A stretch of DNA of 64,000 bases, taken from assembly GCA_029210565.1 (NCBI GenBank), contig JARGFQ010000016.1, positions 2,313 to 66,312 of the forward strand. Direction: 5' to 3'. This document shows positions 28,581 through 35,772 of this stretch, one piece after another; the first letter of the stretch is position 1; each line of letters opens with the position of its first letter. Under the pieces are notes generated by a model, which had not been told where the DNA came from, did not search any database, and saw only the letters and a list, made by a program, of their open reading frames with translations. The position numbers and the translations under genes were made by a program. The DNA comes from Bacteroidales bacterium (GTDB lineage: Bacteria > Bacteroidota > Bacteroidia > Bacteroidales > VadinHA17).

Positions 28581-28623
28581 GAATTAAGAATTAAGAGGTG
28601 TGAGTTGAGAATTAAGAATTAGG
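28581..28623. repeat. GAATTAAG-type octamer repeats inside the operon
   Basis: GAATTAAGAATTAAGA-GGTGTGAGTTGA-GAATTAAGAATTAGG fills the 49-nt gap between two Mrp-like genes. Confidence 0.8.
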
Positions 28624-28627
28624 CCAC

Positions 28628-29065
28628 ATGAAAGGAATGACAGTCATAGTAAAGAAGACGACGCAGCTGATAGCCGGGATTGTTTTTCTCTACGGGATCT
28701 ATATCATACTGCACGGTCATCTTACCCCCGGTGGCGGGTTCGCCGGAGGGGTTATCGTAGCAGGGTCGTTCATCCTACTGATCCTGGCTTACGGAAGTGA
28801 TTTCCTGAACCTGGTGAAGGAGGAGAGAGGGTCAACGACATATGAAAACCTCGCCATTCTTGTCTTCCTTTTCCTTGCGCTTACAGGAATGGTTGCAGGG
28901 GTAGGGATCTTCTTCGCCAACTGGCTGCCCCACGGTACCCCCGGCGAGCTTGTCAGCGCGGGCTTCCTCCCGCTTTACAATATATTCGTTGGGATCGAGG
29001 TCGCCGCTTCAATACTTACAATCTTCCTGGCCCTGATAATCTTTAAAGAGGAGGTGTTGAAATGA
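28628..29065 (+). CDS. MnhB / MrpB / MbhF-like subunit
   Basis: 145 aa, 4 TM segments. HGHLTPGGGFAGGVI motif. Confidence 0.8.
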   Translation: MKGMTVIVKKTTQLIAGIVFLYGIYIILHGHLTPGGGFAGGVIVAGSFILLILAYGSDFLNLVKEERGSTTYENLAILVFLFLALTGMVAGVGIFFANWLPHGTPGELVSAGFLPLYNIFVGIEVAASILTIFLALIIFKEEVLK

Positions 29066-29400
29066 CAGTTTATTGGCTCTGCTTTATACTGTTCCTGGTA
29101 GGACTGTATGGAGTGATCACCAGGAGAAACCTGATCAAGATAGCGATATCGCTCTCCGTCATGGAGTTCAGCTGCTTTCTCTTCCTGGCCCTGATTGGGT
29201 ATACTGAGGGAGGGGCCGCCCCTATCGTTGATACTGCTGACCCGGTAAAGATATATGTTGACCCGTTGCCACAGGCAATGGTATTGACGGCAATTGTGAT
29301 CGGACTGGCCACGACAGCCATGCTGATGGCTGTTATTATCCGGATATACAGAAAATACGGGACTTTTGACATAAGAGAGATAAATAACTTAAGAGGGTAA
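29062..29400 (+). CDS. MnhC / MrpC / NuoK / MbhG-like subunit
   Basis: 112 aa, 3 TM segments. 4-nt overlap with the upstream gene. Confidence 0.8.
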   Translation: MTVYWLCFILFLVGLYGVITRRNLIKIAISLSVMEFSCFLFLALIGYTEGGAAPIVDTADPVKIYVDPLPQAMVLTAIVIGLATTAMLMAVIIRIYRKYGTFDIREINNLRG

Positions 29401-30942
29401 ATGATGAATCCGCTGATACCGCTTTTCGTAGCCGTACCTCTTGCCGGGGCTTTCCTGACAATGATACTGGGCAGGTTCATTACAGCTATCCCCAGGTATA
29501 TGGCGCTGGCTGTGCTGCTCTTCCTGGCCTTCATCAGCTTCTGGTCACTGGTCGTGGGCGGGGATGGATCATCAGTCTATACACTTGGCGGCTGGGAGCC
29601 CGTCGATGGGGTTCCCATAGGTCTGTACCTGGTCCATGACGGTTTCTCGGCACTGCTGCTCTGCCTCATAAGCCTTGTAGGTCTCCTGTCAGTCACCTAC
29701 TCAGTCTCCTACATGGCAAGGTACACCTCCGAAAATTACTTCTACTCCCTCTTCTGCCTGATGATAGCAGGCATGAACGGAGTGGTGCTCAGCGGAGACA
29801 TCTTCAATATCTACGTCTTCCTGGAGATATCTGCCATCTCATCCTACGCACTCGTCGCCTTCGGGGTTGAGAAGAATGAACTTGAGGCCACACTCAAATA
29901 CCAGATCCTGGGGGTCGTCGCCTCATTCATGATACTCTTTGCCATCGGATTCATCTACTGGAGTGCAAAGACACTGAATATTGCAGATATCCGTACCGTC
30001 TTCAGTGCTGGTCACGACAACAGGTATTATCTTCTGATACAGTTACTGCTTCTCACCGGTTTTGGCCTCAAGGCTGCCATGATACCATTCCACGCGTGGC
30101 TGCCTGATGCCCACTCATCGGCCCCCTCTCCCATCTCGGCAATGCTCTCCGGGGTGCTTATCAAGGCGGTAGGCATCTATGTGATCATTCGCCTCTTCTT
30201 CAATATGTTCGAAGTTACAGAGGGCATGTCAATAGTTATCACCACCCTTGGCGCGCTCTCAATGGCTGTTGGCGTCTTCCTGGCTATCGGTCAGTGGGAC
30301 ATCAAGCGGCTGCTGGCCTATCACAGCATCAGCCAGATGGGTTACGTGGTCATGTCGGTGGGAATAGGAATGATACTCATGGCCAGGGGCATCCGGAGCG
30401 AGGTAGCCGCCCTCGCTATCACCGGGGGCATCTTTCATATGCTCAACCATGCTGCCTTCAAGGGACTGCTCTTCCTCAACGCGGGGGCCATAGAGTATTC
30501 AGTCGGCACCCGTGACCTAAGGGAGATGGGCGGACTGGCAAAGGGCATGCCGGTAACCTCCGCCACTTCGCTGGTCGCCTCACTCTCAATATCCGGCATA
30601 CCACCCTTCAATGGCTTCTTCAGCAAACTGATAATTATAGTGGCAGCAGTGATGGGCCGCTTTTATTTCCTGGCTCTCCTTGCGGTCATAGTGAGTATCA
30701 TTACACTGGCCTCCTTCATGAAGTTCCAGCGCTATGCCTTCTACAATATTGATCCCGGAAAGATCAGGAACGACATAAAAGAGGTGCCAGCGCCCATGTT
30801 GCTGAGCATGATCACCCTGGCTGTCGTCTGCCTGCTGCTCAGCCTGCTGGCGCTGCCCGGCCTCCGCGAGACGGTACTCTCACCCGCAACGGACATTCTG
30901 ATGGACCAGCTCAAATATTCCTCACAGATAACAGGCATGTGA
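29401..30942 (+). CDS. MrpD / NuoN-class antiporter-like subunit (second one)
   Basis: 513 aa. IPFHAWLPDAHSSAPSPISAMLSGVLIK motif. Confidence 0.88.
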   Translation: MMNPLIPLFVAVPLAGAFLTMILGRFITAIPRYMALAVLLFLAFISFWSLVVGGDGSSVYTLGGWEPVDGVPIGLYLVHDGFSALLLCLISLVGLLSVTYSVSYMARYTSENYFYSLFCLMIAGMNGVVLSGDIFNIYVFLEISAISSYALVAFGVEKNELEATLKYQILGVVASFMILFAIGFIYWSAKTLNIADIRTVFSAGHDNRYYLLIQLLLLTGFGLKAAMIPFHAWLPDAHSSAPSPISAMLSGVLIKAVGIYVIIRLFFNMFEVTEGMSIVITTLGALSMAVGVFLAIGQWDIKRLLAYHSISQMGYVVMSVGIGMILMARGIRSEVAALAITGGIFHMLNHAAFKGLLFLNAGAIEYSVGTRDLREMGGLAKGMPVTSATSLVASLSISGIPPFNGFFSKLIIIVAAVMGRFYFLALLAVIVSIITLASFMKFQRYAFYNIDPGKIRNDIKEVPAPMLLSMITLAVVCLLLSLLALPGLRETVLSPATDILMDQLKYSSQITGM

Positions 30943-30943
30943 T

Positions 30944-31429
30944 ATGAGATACGTGACAGTTTTTATATTATCCATGATCTTCTGGCTCCTGATCACCTTC
31001 AGATTCACGGTGTCGAATATTGTTGCAGGAGCCGCTGTTGCAGCCATAACGTCAGCCATCTTCGGCAGGTACTACTTCCATAATGTGGGCAAATTCCTCC
31101 AGCCGAGGCGCTGGTTCTGGTTCCTGGTATACCTTGTCACATTCATCTGGGCATGCATAAAGGCCAACTTCGATGTAGCCTACCGTGTGCTCCATCCGGG
31201 TATGCCAATCAGACCGGGAATAGTGAAGGTGAAGACCACCCTGCGGTCCGACTTCGCCCGGACACTGCTTGCCAATTCGATTACTATGACGCCGGGGACG
31301 ATCACCGTCGACATTATCGGCGATGAGATGTATATCCACTGGATCTATATCCGGTCTGAAGACCCTGCGGTATATTCCAGGATGGTGACCGGGAGATTTG
31401 AAGAGTACATTAAAAAATTTGCGGAATGA
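30944..31429 (+). CDS. MnhE / MrpE / MbhA-like subunit
   Basis: 161 aa. NSITMTPGTITVD motif. Confidence 0.8.
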   Translation: MRYVTVFILSMIFWLLITFRFTVSNIVAGAAVAAITSAIFGRYYFHNVGKFLQPRRWFWFLVYLVTFIWACIKANFDVAYRVLHPGMPIRPGIVKVKTTLRSDFARTLLANSITMTPGTITVDIIGDEMYIHWIYIRSEDPAVYSRMVTGRFEEYIKKFAE

Positions 31430-31692
31430 CCACTTTCCTGAATATCCTGCTTTACATACAGATTGCACTGTGCGCAGCCTGCCTCTACCGGATTGTCAGG
31501 GGGCCTACCATACCCGACCGGATGGTAGGCATAGACATATTCGGGATACTGGTGGTAGGAATCTGCGGAATCATATCGGTGCTGACAGACAAGGCCTTTA
31601 TCCTCGATATCGGCATTGCCTGGGTAATATTGAGTTTTATAGGAACCCTTACGCTGGCAAAATACCTCAGCGGCAAAAAACTGAACGAGTGA
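31426..31692 (+). CDS. MnhF / MrpF / MbhB-like subunit
   Basis: 88 aa. RIVRGPTIPDRMVGID motif. Confidence 0.8.
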   Translation: MTTFLNILLYIQIALCAACLYRIVRGPTIPDRMVGIDIFGILVVGICGIISVLTDKAFILDIGIAWVILSFIGTLTLAKYLSGKKLNE

Positions 31693-31693
31693 T

Positions 31694-32011
31694 ATGGCAG
31701 CTGTGATCTTAATATCGGTAGGAGTCCTCTTTAATCTCTTCGGGTGTCTGGGCCTCCTGAGGCTGCCGGACATGTACAACAGGTTGCAGGCAGCAACAAA
31801 GTGCGTGACGCTGGGATGCTGCAGCATCCTCCTGGGTGTCATGTTTCACTACGGTCTCGGCAGTGCCGGCTTCCGTGCCCTGGTGGCTATCCCGGTGCTC
31901 TTCTTTACAGCCACCGTGGCTGCACACGCCCTGGTCAGGGGCGCATACCATTTCGGAACGAAAATGGACAAAAGGAGTGTGAAAGATGATTATAGTGAGA
32001 TAGTAAAATGA
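31694..32011 (+). CDS. MnhG / MrpG / MbhC-like subunit
   Basis: 105 aa. LRLPDMYNRLQAATKCVTLG motif. Confidence 0.8.
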   Translation: MAAVILISVGVLFNLFGCLGLLRLPDMYNRLQAATKCVTLGCCSILLGVMFHYGLGSAGFRALVAIPVLFFTATVAAHALVRGAYHFGTKMDKRSVKDDYSEIVK

Positions 32012-32105
32012 AACTTGCATGAGCTAAAGCTTACAAAAGGATTTGATTACTAATTTTCATGCAAGTTCCATTCGACCAATACAATAAATTTTTCAGATAC
32101 GAATG
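32010..32105 (+). repeat. Copy B of the structured leader element, located inside the [NiFe] operon
   Basis: GAAACTTGCATGAGC-N33-TTCATGCAAGTTCCATTCGACCAATACAATAAATTTTTCAGATACGAATG. It begins at the mnhG-like stop and ends on the nuoI-like start codon. Confidence 0.8.
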
Positions 32106-32723
32106 AAGTACCCTAAACTTAGAGAGCTGAAAGAGGCAGTGACATCACTGGTAACACCTGCATATACCTCAAATTTTCCGGCCGGGGGCCATGTGCCCTT
32201 CAAGGATTTTAGGGGTAAGCCTGTTGTTGATGATGCCAACTGTGTGGGGTGTGAGACATGTGCCAATGTATGTCCCCCGCTGGCGATCACCTTCACTGAC
32301 GACAGGGAGAAGAAGATCCGTACCATCAGGCGGGATTACGGCAAGTGCATCTTCTGCGGCCAGTGCCAGGAGCATTGCATCACGGGCAAGGGAGTGAAAC
32401 TCTCCGACACCATCTTCGATATGGCTGCCTTCGACAGGTCAGCCGTCGTGGAGTACCAGGAAAAGGAGTTGCTGGTGTGCGAGAACTGTGGCGCCATAAT
32501 AACAACAGTCGAGCACCTCAGCTATATGCACCGCAAGCTCGGACCTAAAGCCTTTGCATCAATACTCAACCTCAACATCCTGAACCGTAAGCTGAAACTG
32601 GCTGAGGGACAGGATCTCTCGGCAGAGATAGACGAGACACTCCAGAGAAAGGATATGTTTAATGTCATCTGCCCTAACTGCCTGCGGCAGGTAACCGTCA
32701 AGTATCTTATCAGAGGTGCCTGA
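32103..32723 (+). CDS. NuoI / MbhN-like 2x[4Fe-4S] subunit with a C-terminal Cys4 extension
   Basis: 206 aa. CVGCETCANVCP and CIFCGQCQEHC motifs, plus extra CENC...CPNC pairs in the last ~85 aa. Confidence 0.8.
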   Translation: MKYPKLRELKEAVTSLVTPAYTSNFPAGGHVPFKDFRGKPVVDDANCVGCETCANVCPPLAITFTDDREKKIRTIRRDYGKCIFCGQCQEHCITGKGVKLSDTIFDMAAFDRSAVVEYQEKELLVCENCGAIITTVEHLSYMHRKLGPKAFASILNLNILNRKLKLAEGQDLSAEIDETLQRKDMFNVICPNCLRQVTVKYLIRGA

Positions 32724-33171
32724 GAACCTGACAGACCTTCTTTCGGACAAAAACCGGAAAATCCTCTTCGTCGGCATAGGAAACATCCTGCGACAGGATG
32801 ACGGAGCAGGTGTATATGTCAGCACACATATAAACGAAACAGAAACCATAAGAGTGCTGACTCCGGAAGTCAGCATCGAGAACTATATCGGGAAAATCAA
32901 CTCCATTGACCATGATACCCTCGTGCTGATCGACTGTGCAGACATTAAAAAGCCACCCGGAACATGGGAACTGATACCCGTGGAGCAGATCAGGGACCTC
33001 ACCTTCAATACTCATAACATCTCACTCAGACGACTCTCTGAATTCTTTGAAAATGAAGTGCTGATACTCACAATTCAGCCGGAAACTGTTGCTTTCGGAG
33101 AAAATTTATCGTATATTGTACATGAAGCTTGTAACAAAATTGTCGGACTGATTAACAAAAAGGAGGTATAA
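32716..33171 (+). CDS. Hydrogenase maturation endopeptidase (HycI/HyaD family)
   Basis: 151 aa. ILFVGIGNILRQDDGAGVYV motif. GTG start overlapping the upstream stop. Confidence 0.85.
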   Translation: MPENLTDLLSDKNRKILFVGIGNILRQDDGAGVYVSTHINETETIRVLTPEVSIENYIGKINSIDHDTLVLIDCADIKKPPGTWELIPVEQIRDLTFNTHNISLRRLSEFFENEVLILTIQPETVAFGENLSYIVHEACNKIVGLINKKEV

Positions 33172-33172
33172 A

Positions 33173-33586
33173 ATGGCGATAGAATATTTATGCAAGGCCT
33201 GCAGAGGACACCTTAAGGTCAAATCATCAATAGTGCTCTCTGCCACCAAGATCAACAGCTCAACGAGAGGGCTTGTCTTACTGAACCCTGAGCTGGGAAA
33301 CTACACGAAAACAACCCACCCGTCGTTTGAAATGGAGAAGGGTTCCGAGTACCTGATAAACTGTCCCATCTGCCACTCCCAACTCAACAGCATGAAGTAT
33401 CCTCACCTGGTCAGGATCATCATGGTTGATGAGAATAGTAAGGAATTTGACATCTATTTCTCGGGTATCGTAGGGGAAAACTGCACCTACAAGATCAGTG
33501 AGACAGGGGTGGAAAAGAGCGGTCCCGATGCAAATCTCTATGATAAGTACTTCGATGTCCCCAGGGAGGACAGGAAGTATCTCTGA
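33173..33586 (+). CDS. Hypothetical Cys4 (zinc-ribbon-like) protein, last gene of the hydrogenase operon
   Basis: 137 aa. The CKAC (aa 7-10) and CPIC (aa 64-67) pairs are present. It starts 1 nt after the protease stop. I recognise no family. Confidence 0.5.
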   Translation: MAIEYLCKACRGHLKVKSSIVLSATKINSSTRGLVLLNPELGNYTKTTHPSFEMEKGSEYLINCPICHSQLNSMKYPHLVRIIMVDENSKEFDIYFSGIVGENCTYKISETGVEKSGPDANLYDKYFDVPREDRKYL

Positions 33587-33590
33587 AAGG

Positions 33591-33629
33591 CAGTCTGACA
33601 GTCCACAGTTTACAGTATGCAGTTTGAGG
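33591..33629. repeat. Degenerate CAGTNNN heptamer/octamer run
   Basis: CAGTCTGA CAGTCCA CAGTTTA CAGTATG CAGTTTGA. Confidence 0.7.
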
Positions 33630-33702
33630 CTTCGACGCAGGAGAAGACTCAATCCCGACCACGAAGTGCGTCGGAACGGCAGCCTGTAGGCCGCAGAACC
33701 TG

Positions 33703-33873
33703 TATTGTAGCATAGGCCGTAGCATTAAGGTATTGTAGCATAGGCCGTAGGCATTCAGGTCTTGTAGCATATGCCGTAGCATTAAGGTATTGTAGCATAG
33801 GCCGTAGGCATTCAGGTATTGTGCATATGCCGTAGGCATTCAGGTATTGTGGCATATGCCGTAGGCATTCAGG
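33703..33873. repeat. Tandem array of six 28/29-nt repeats with no spacers
   Basis: Units start at 33703, 33731, 33760, 33788, 33817 and 33845. The consensus is TATTGTAGCATAGGCCGTAGGCATTCAGG. Each unit holds a small ATGCC-GTA-GGCAT hairpin or a GCATATGC palindrome. Confidence 0.9.
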
Positions 33874-34009
33874 TAGGCGGAAGGTTATTTATCCTTCACC
33901 CTTCATAATGCCGCGGTACATCTCTCATTTTGTAACCCGTTCTTCTCGTTGTTTCCTATTTTTTTGGTTAAATTTAACCGGCATAATGCATTAACCAATT
34001 ACAAGACGT

Positions 34010-34852
34010 ATGAAAACCAATATTGAACTCAGGTATGCCGCCCATCCTGAAGATGTGAAAAACTGGTGTACGGAGCAGCTCCGCAATGAGCATCTTGTCA
34101 GCAACCTCTTTGAAGTTAACACCATTAACATGGTCTATTCACTCTATGATCGCATGGTGGCCGGAGGAGCAATGCCGTCAGGTGAAGCCCTGAGGCTTGA
34201 ACCGGTGGATGAGGTCAAGGCAGCATGGTTTCTTCACAGACGCGAGCTCGGTATCTTCAACGTAGGAGGCGAAGGGAGGGTGACCGCCGGAGACAAAACA
34301 TACTCACTTGGACACAAAGAGGCTCTCTACCTCGGCAGCGGCGACAGGGAGGTGATCTTTGAAAGCGCTGACCCCGGCAGTCCCGCGCTCTTCTACTTCA
34401 ACTCCGCCCCGGCACACCGCAAATACCCCGACAGGAAAGTGATAAAAGCGGATTGCATAACCGCAGAAATGGGTTCGATGGAAGCTGCCAACCACAGGGT
34501 GATAAACAAGATGATTGTGAGGGAGGTGCTGGATACATGCCAGTTGCAGATGGGCATGACTGAACTGATGACCGGCAGCGTGTGGAACACCATGCCGCCC
34601 CACACTCACGGCCGGCGCATGGAGGTTTACTTCTATTTCGGGGTGCCTGAAGGAGGAGCCGTATGCCACTTTATGGGAGAACCAACCGAGACACGTCATA
34701 TATGGATGAAGAACAACGAAGCGGTGATATCACCGCAGTGGTCTATCCATGCCGCTACGGCTACCTCCAGCTACACCTTCATCTGGGGGATGGCCGGGGA
34801 GAACCTCGATTACGGCGACCAGGACTTCTTCAAACAGACAGACCTGCGCTAG
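34010..34852 (+). CDS. kduI: 5-dehydro-4-deoxy-D-glucuronate isomerase
   Basis: 280 aa. Strong resemblance to KduI throughout (ELGIFNVGG, WNTMPPHTHGRRMEVYFYF, YTFIWGMAGEN). Confidence 0.92.
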   Translation: MKTNIELRYAAHPEDVKNWCTEQLRNEHLVSNLFEVNTINMVYSLYDRMVAGGAMPSGEALRLEPVDEVKAAWFLHRRELGIFNVGGEGRVTAGDKTYSLGHKEALYLGSGDREVIFESADPGSPALFYFNSAPAHRKYPDRKVIKADCITAEMGSMEAANHRVINKMIVREVLDTCQLQMGMTELMTGSVWNTMPPHTHGRRMEVYFYFGVPEGGAVCHFMGEPTETRHIWMKNNEAVISPQWSIHAATATSSYTFIWGMAGENLDYGDQDFFKQTDLR

Positions 34853-34883
34853 ACCCCTGTTTCACCAAACAAAATATTTAGCT

Positions 34884-35669
34884 ATGAACAGTGACTTATT
34901 CAGGCTCGACGGCAAGGTGGCTCTTATCACCGGCGCATCCTACGGCATAGGCATGGCAATGGCGAAAGCTCTGGCCCAGGCAGGAGCCACCATCGTGTTC
35001 AACGACCGCAACCAGGAGAAAGTTGAGACGGCACTTCAGGAGTACAGTGATTCAGGCATAGATGCCAGGGGCTACCTCTTTGATGTAACCGACGAGAAGG
35101 CGGTCAGGAAAAATATTGAAAAGATAGGCTCAGAGGTCGGCGTGATAGACATCCTTGTCAACAACGCCGGCATTATCAAGAGGATACCCGCCCTTGAGAT
35201 GAATGCTGCCGAGTTCCGGGAGGTGATCGACATAGATCTTACCGGCCCCTTCATCATGTCAAGGGCCGTGGCTCCCGGAATGATAAAAAAGGGTGGCGGT
35301 AAGATCATCAACATATGTTCCATGATGAGCGAGCTCGGACGCGAGACCGTATCTGCCTATGCCGCCGCAAAGGGCGGATTGAAGATGCTGACCCGCAACC
35401 TGGCCTGCGAATGGGCAGAGTTCAACATCCAGGTCAACGGCATCGGACCGGGATATATCGCCACCCCGCAGACAGCACCGCTGCGAGAAGAGGGACACCC
35501 GTTCAACACCTTCATTATCGGACGTACACCCGCTGCAAGATGGGGCAAACCCCAGGATCTGGAGGGACCGGCAGTGTTCCTTGCCTCGAGGGCCTCCGAC
35601 TTCGTGAACGGACACATACTCTACGTCGACGGCGGCATACTCGCCTATCTCGGCAAGCAACCAAAATGA
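34884..35669 (+). CDS. kduD: 2-dehydro-3-deoxy-D-gluconate 5-dehydrogenase / gluconate 5-dehydrogenase-family SDR
   Basis: Starts MNSDLFRLDGKVALITGASYGIG. YAAAK catalytic motif. Adjacent to kduI. The track ORF starts too early, inside kduI. Confidence 0.85.
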   Translation: MNSDLFRLDGKVALITGASYGIGMAMAKALAQAGATIVFNDRNQEKVETALQEYSDSGIDARGYLFDVTDEKAVRKNIEKIGSEVGVIDILVNNAGIIKRIPALEMNAAEFREVIDIDLTGPFIMSRAVAPGMIKKGGGKIINICSMMSELGRETVSAYAAAKGGLKMLTRNLACEWAEFNIQVNGIGPGYIATPQTAPLREEGHPFNTFIIGRTPAARWGKPQDLEGPAVFLASRASDFVNGHILYVDGGILAYLGKQPK

Positions 35670-35732
35670 ATAACACACTACAGAATGAATCCCGCATCAA
35701 CCAGAGATCAAAAATGGATCTGATCATTGATT

Positions 35733-35772
35733 AAATGCAGGTGCCATTCGTCCAATAACCCTCTATCAAATG
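35733..35772 (+). repeat. Degenerate 3-prime remnant (copy C) of the leader element
   Basis: AATGCAGGTGCCATTCGTCCAATAACCCTCTATCAAATG compared with CATGTAAGTTCCATTCGACCAAT...ATG. Confidence 0.45.

Noticed and set aside
32008-32022. Four-codon mini-ORFs at the 5-prime end of the leader element (MKLT, MKLI, MKLA and MKPT, each followed by a stop) as leader peptides
   Set aside because: They are very short. The varying codon is the same position that covaries in the stem, so RNA pairing explains its conservation. Copy E breaks the pattern with a 6-nt insertion.
23123-32723. Respiratory complex I (nuo) fragment
   Set aside because: The NuoD-like protein retains both pairs of NiFe-ligating cysteines (CGIC and CYCC). 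A HycI-type endopeptidase is encoded in the operon, and the hyp genes lie next door. The membrane arm is Mrp-like rather than NuoA/J/K/L/M/N. This is a group-4 hydrogenase.
33495-33855. Minus-strand ORFs 33495-33839 and 33649-33855 (114 and 68 aa)
   Set aside because: Their translations are periodic read-through of the tandem repeat (repeating AYGLCYNTLMLR.MLQ). They have no start context or family signal, so they are repeat artefacts.
33703-33873. Possible CRISPR array
   Set aside because: The 28/29-nt units abut directly with no unique spacers. The units are divergent subtypes, and no cas genes or leader are nearby. It is a plain tandem repeat.
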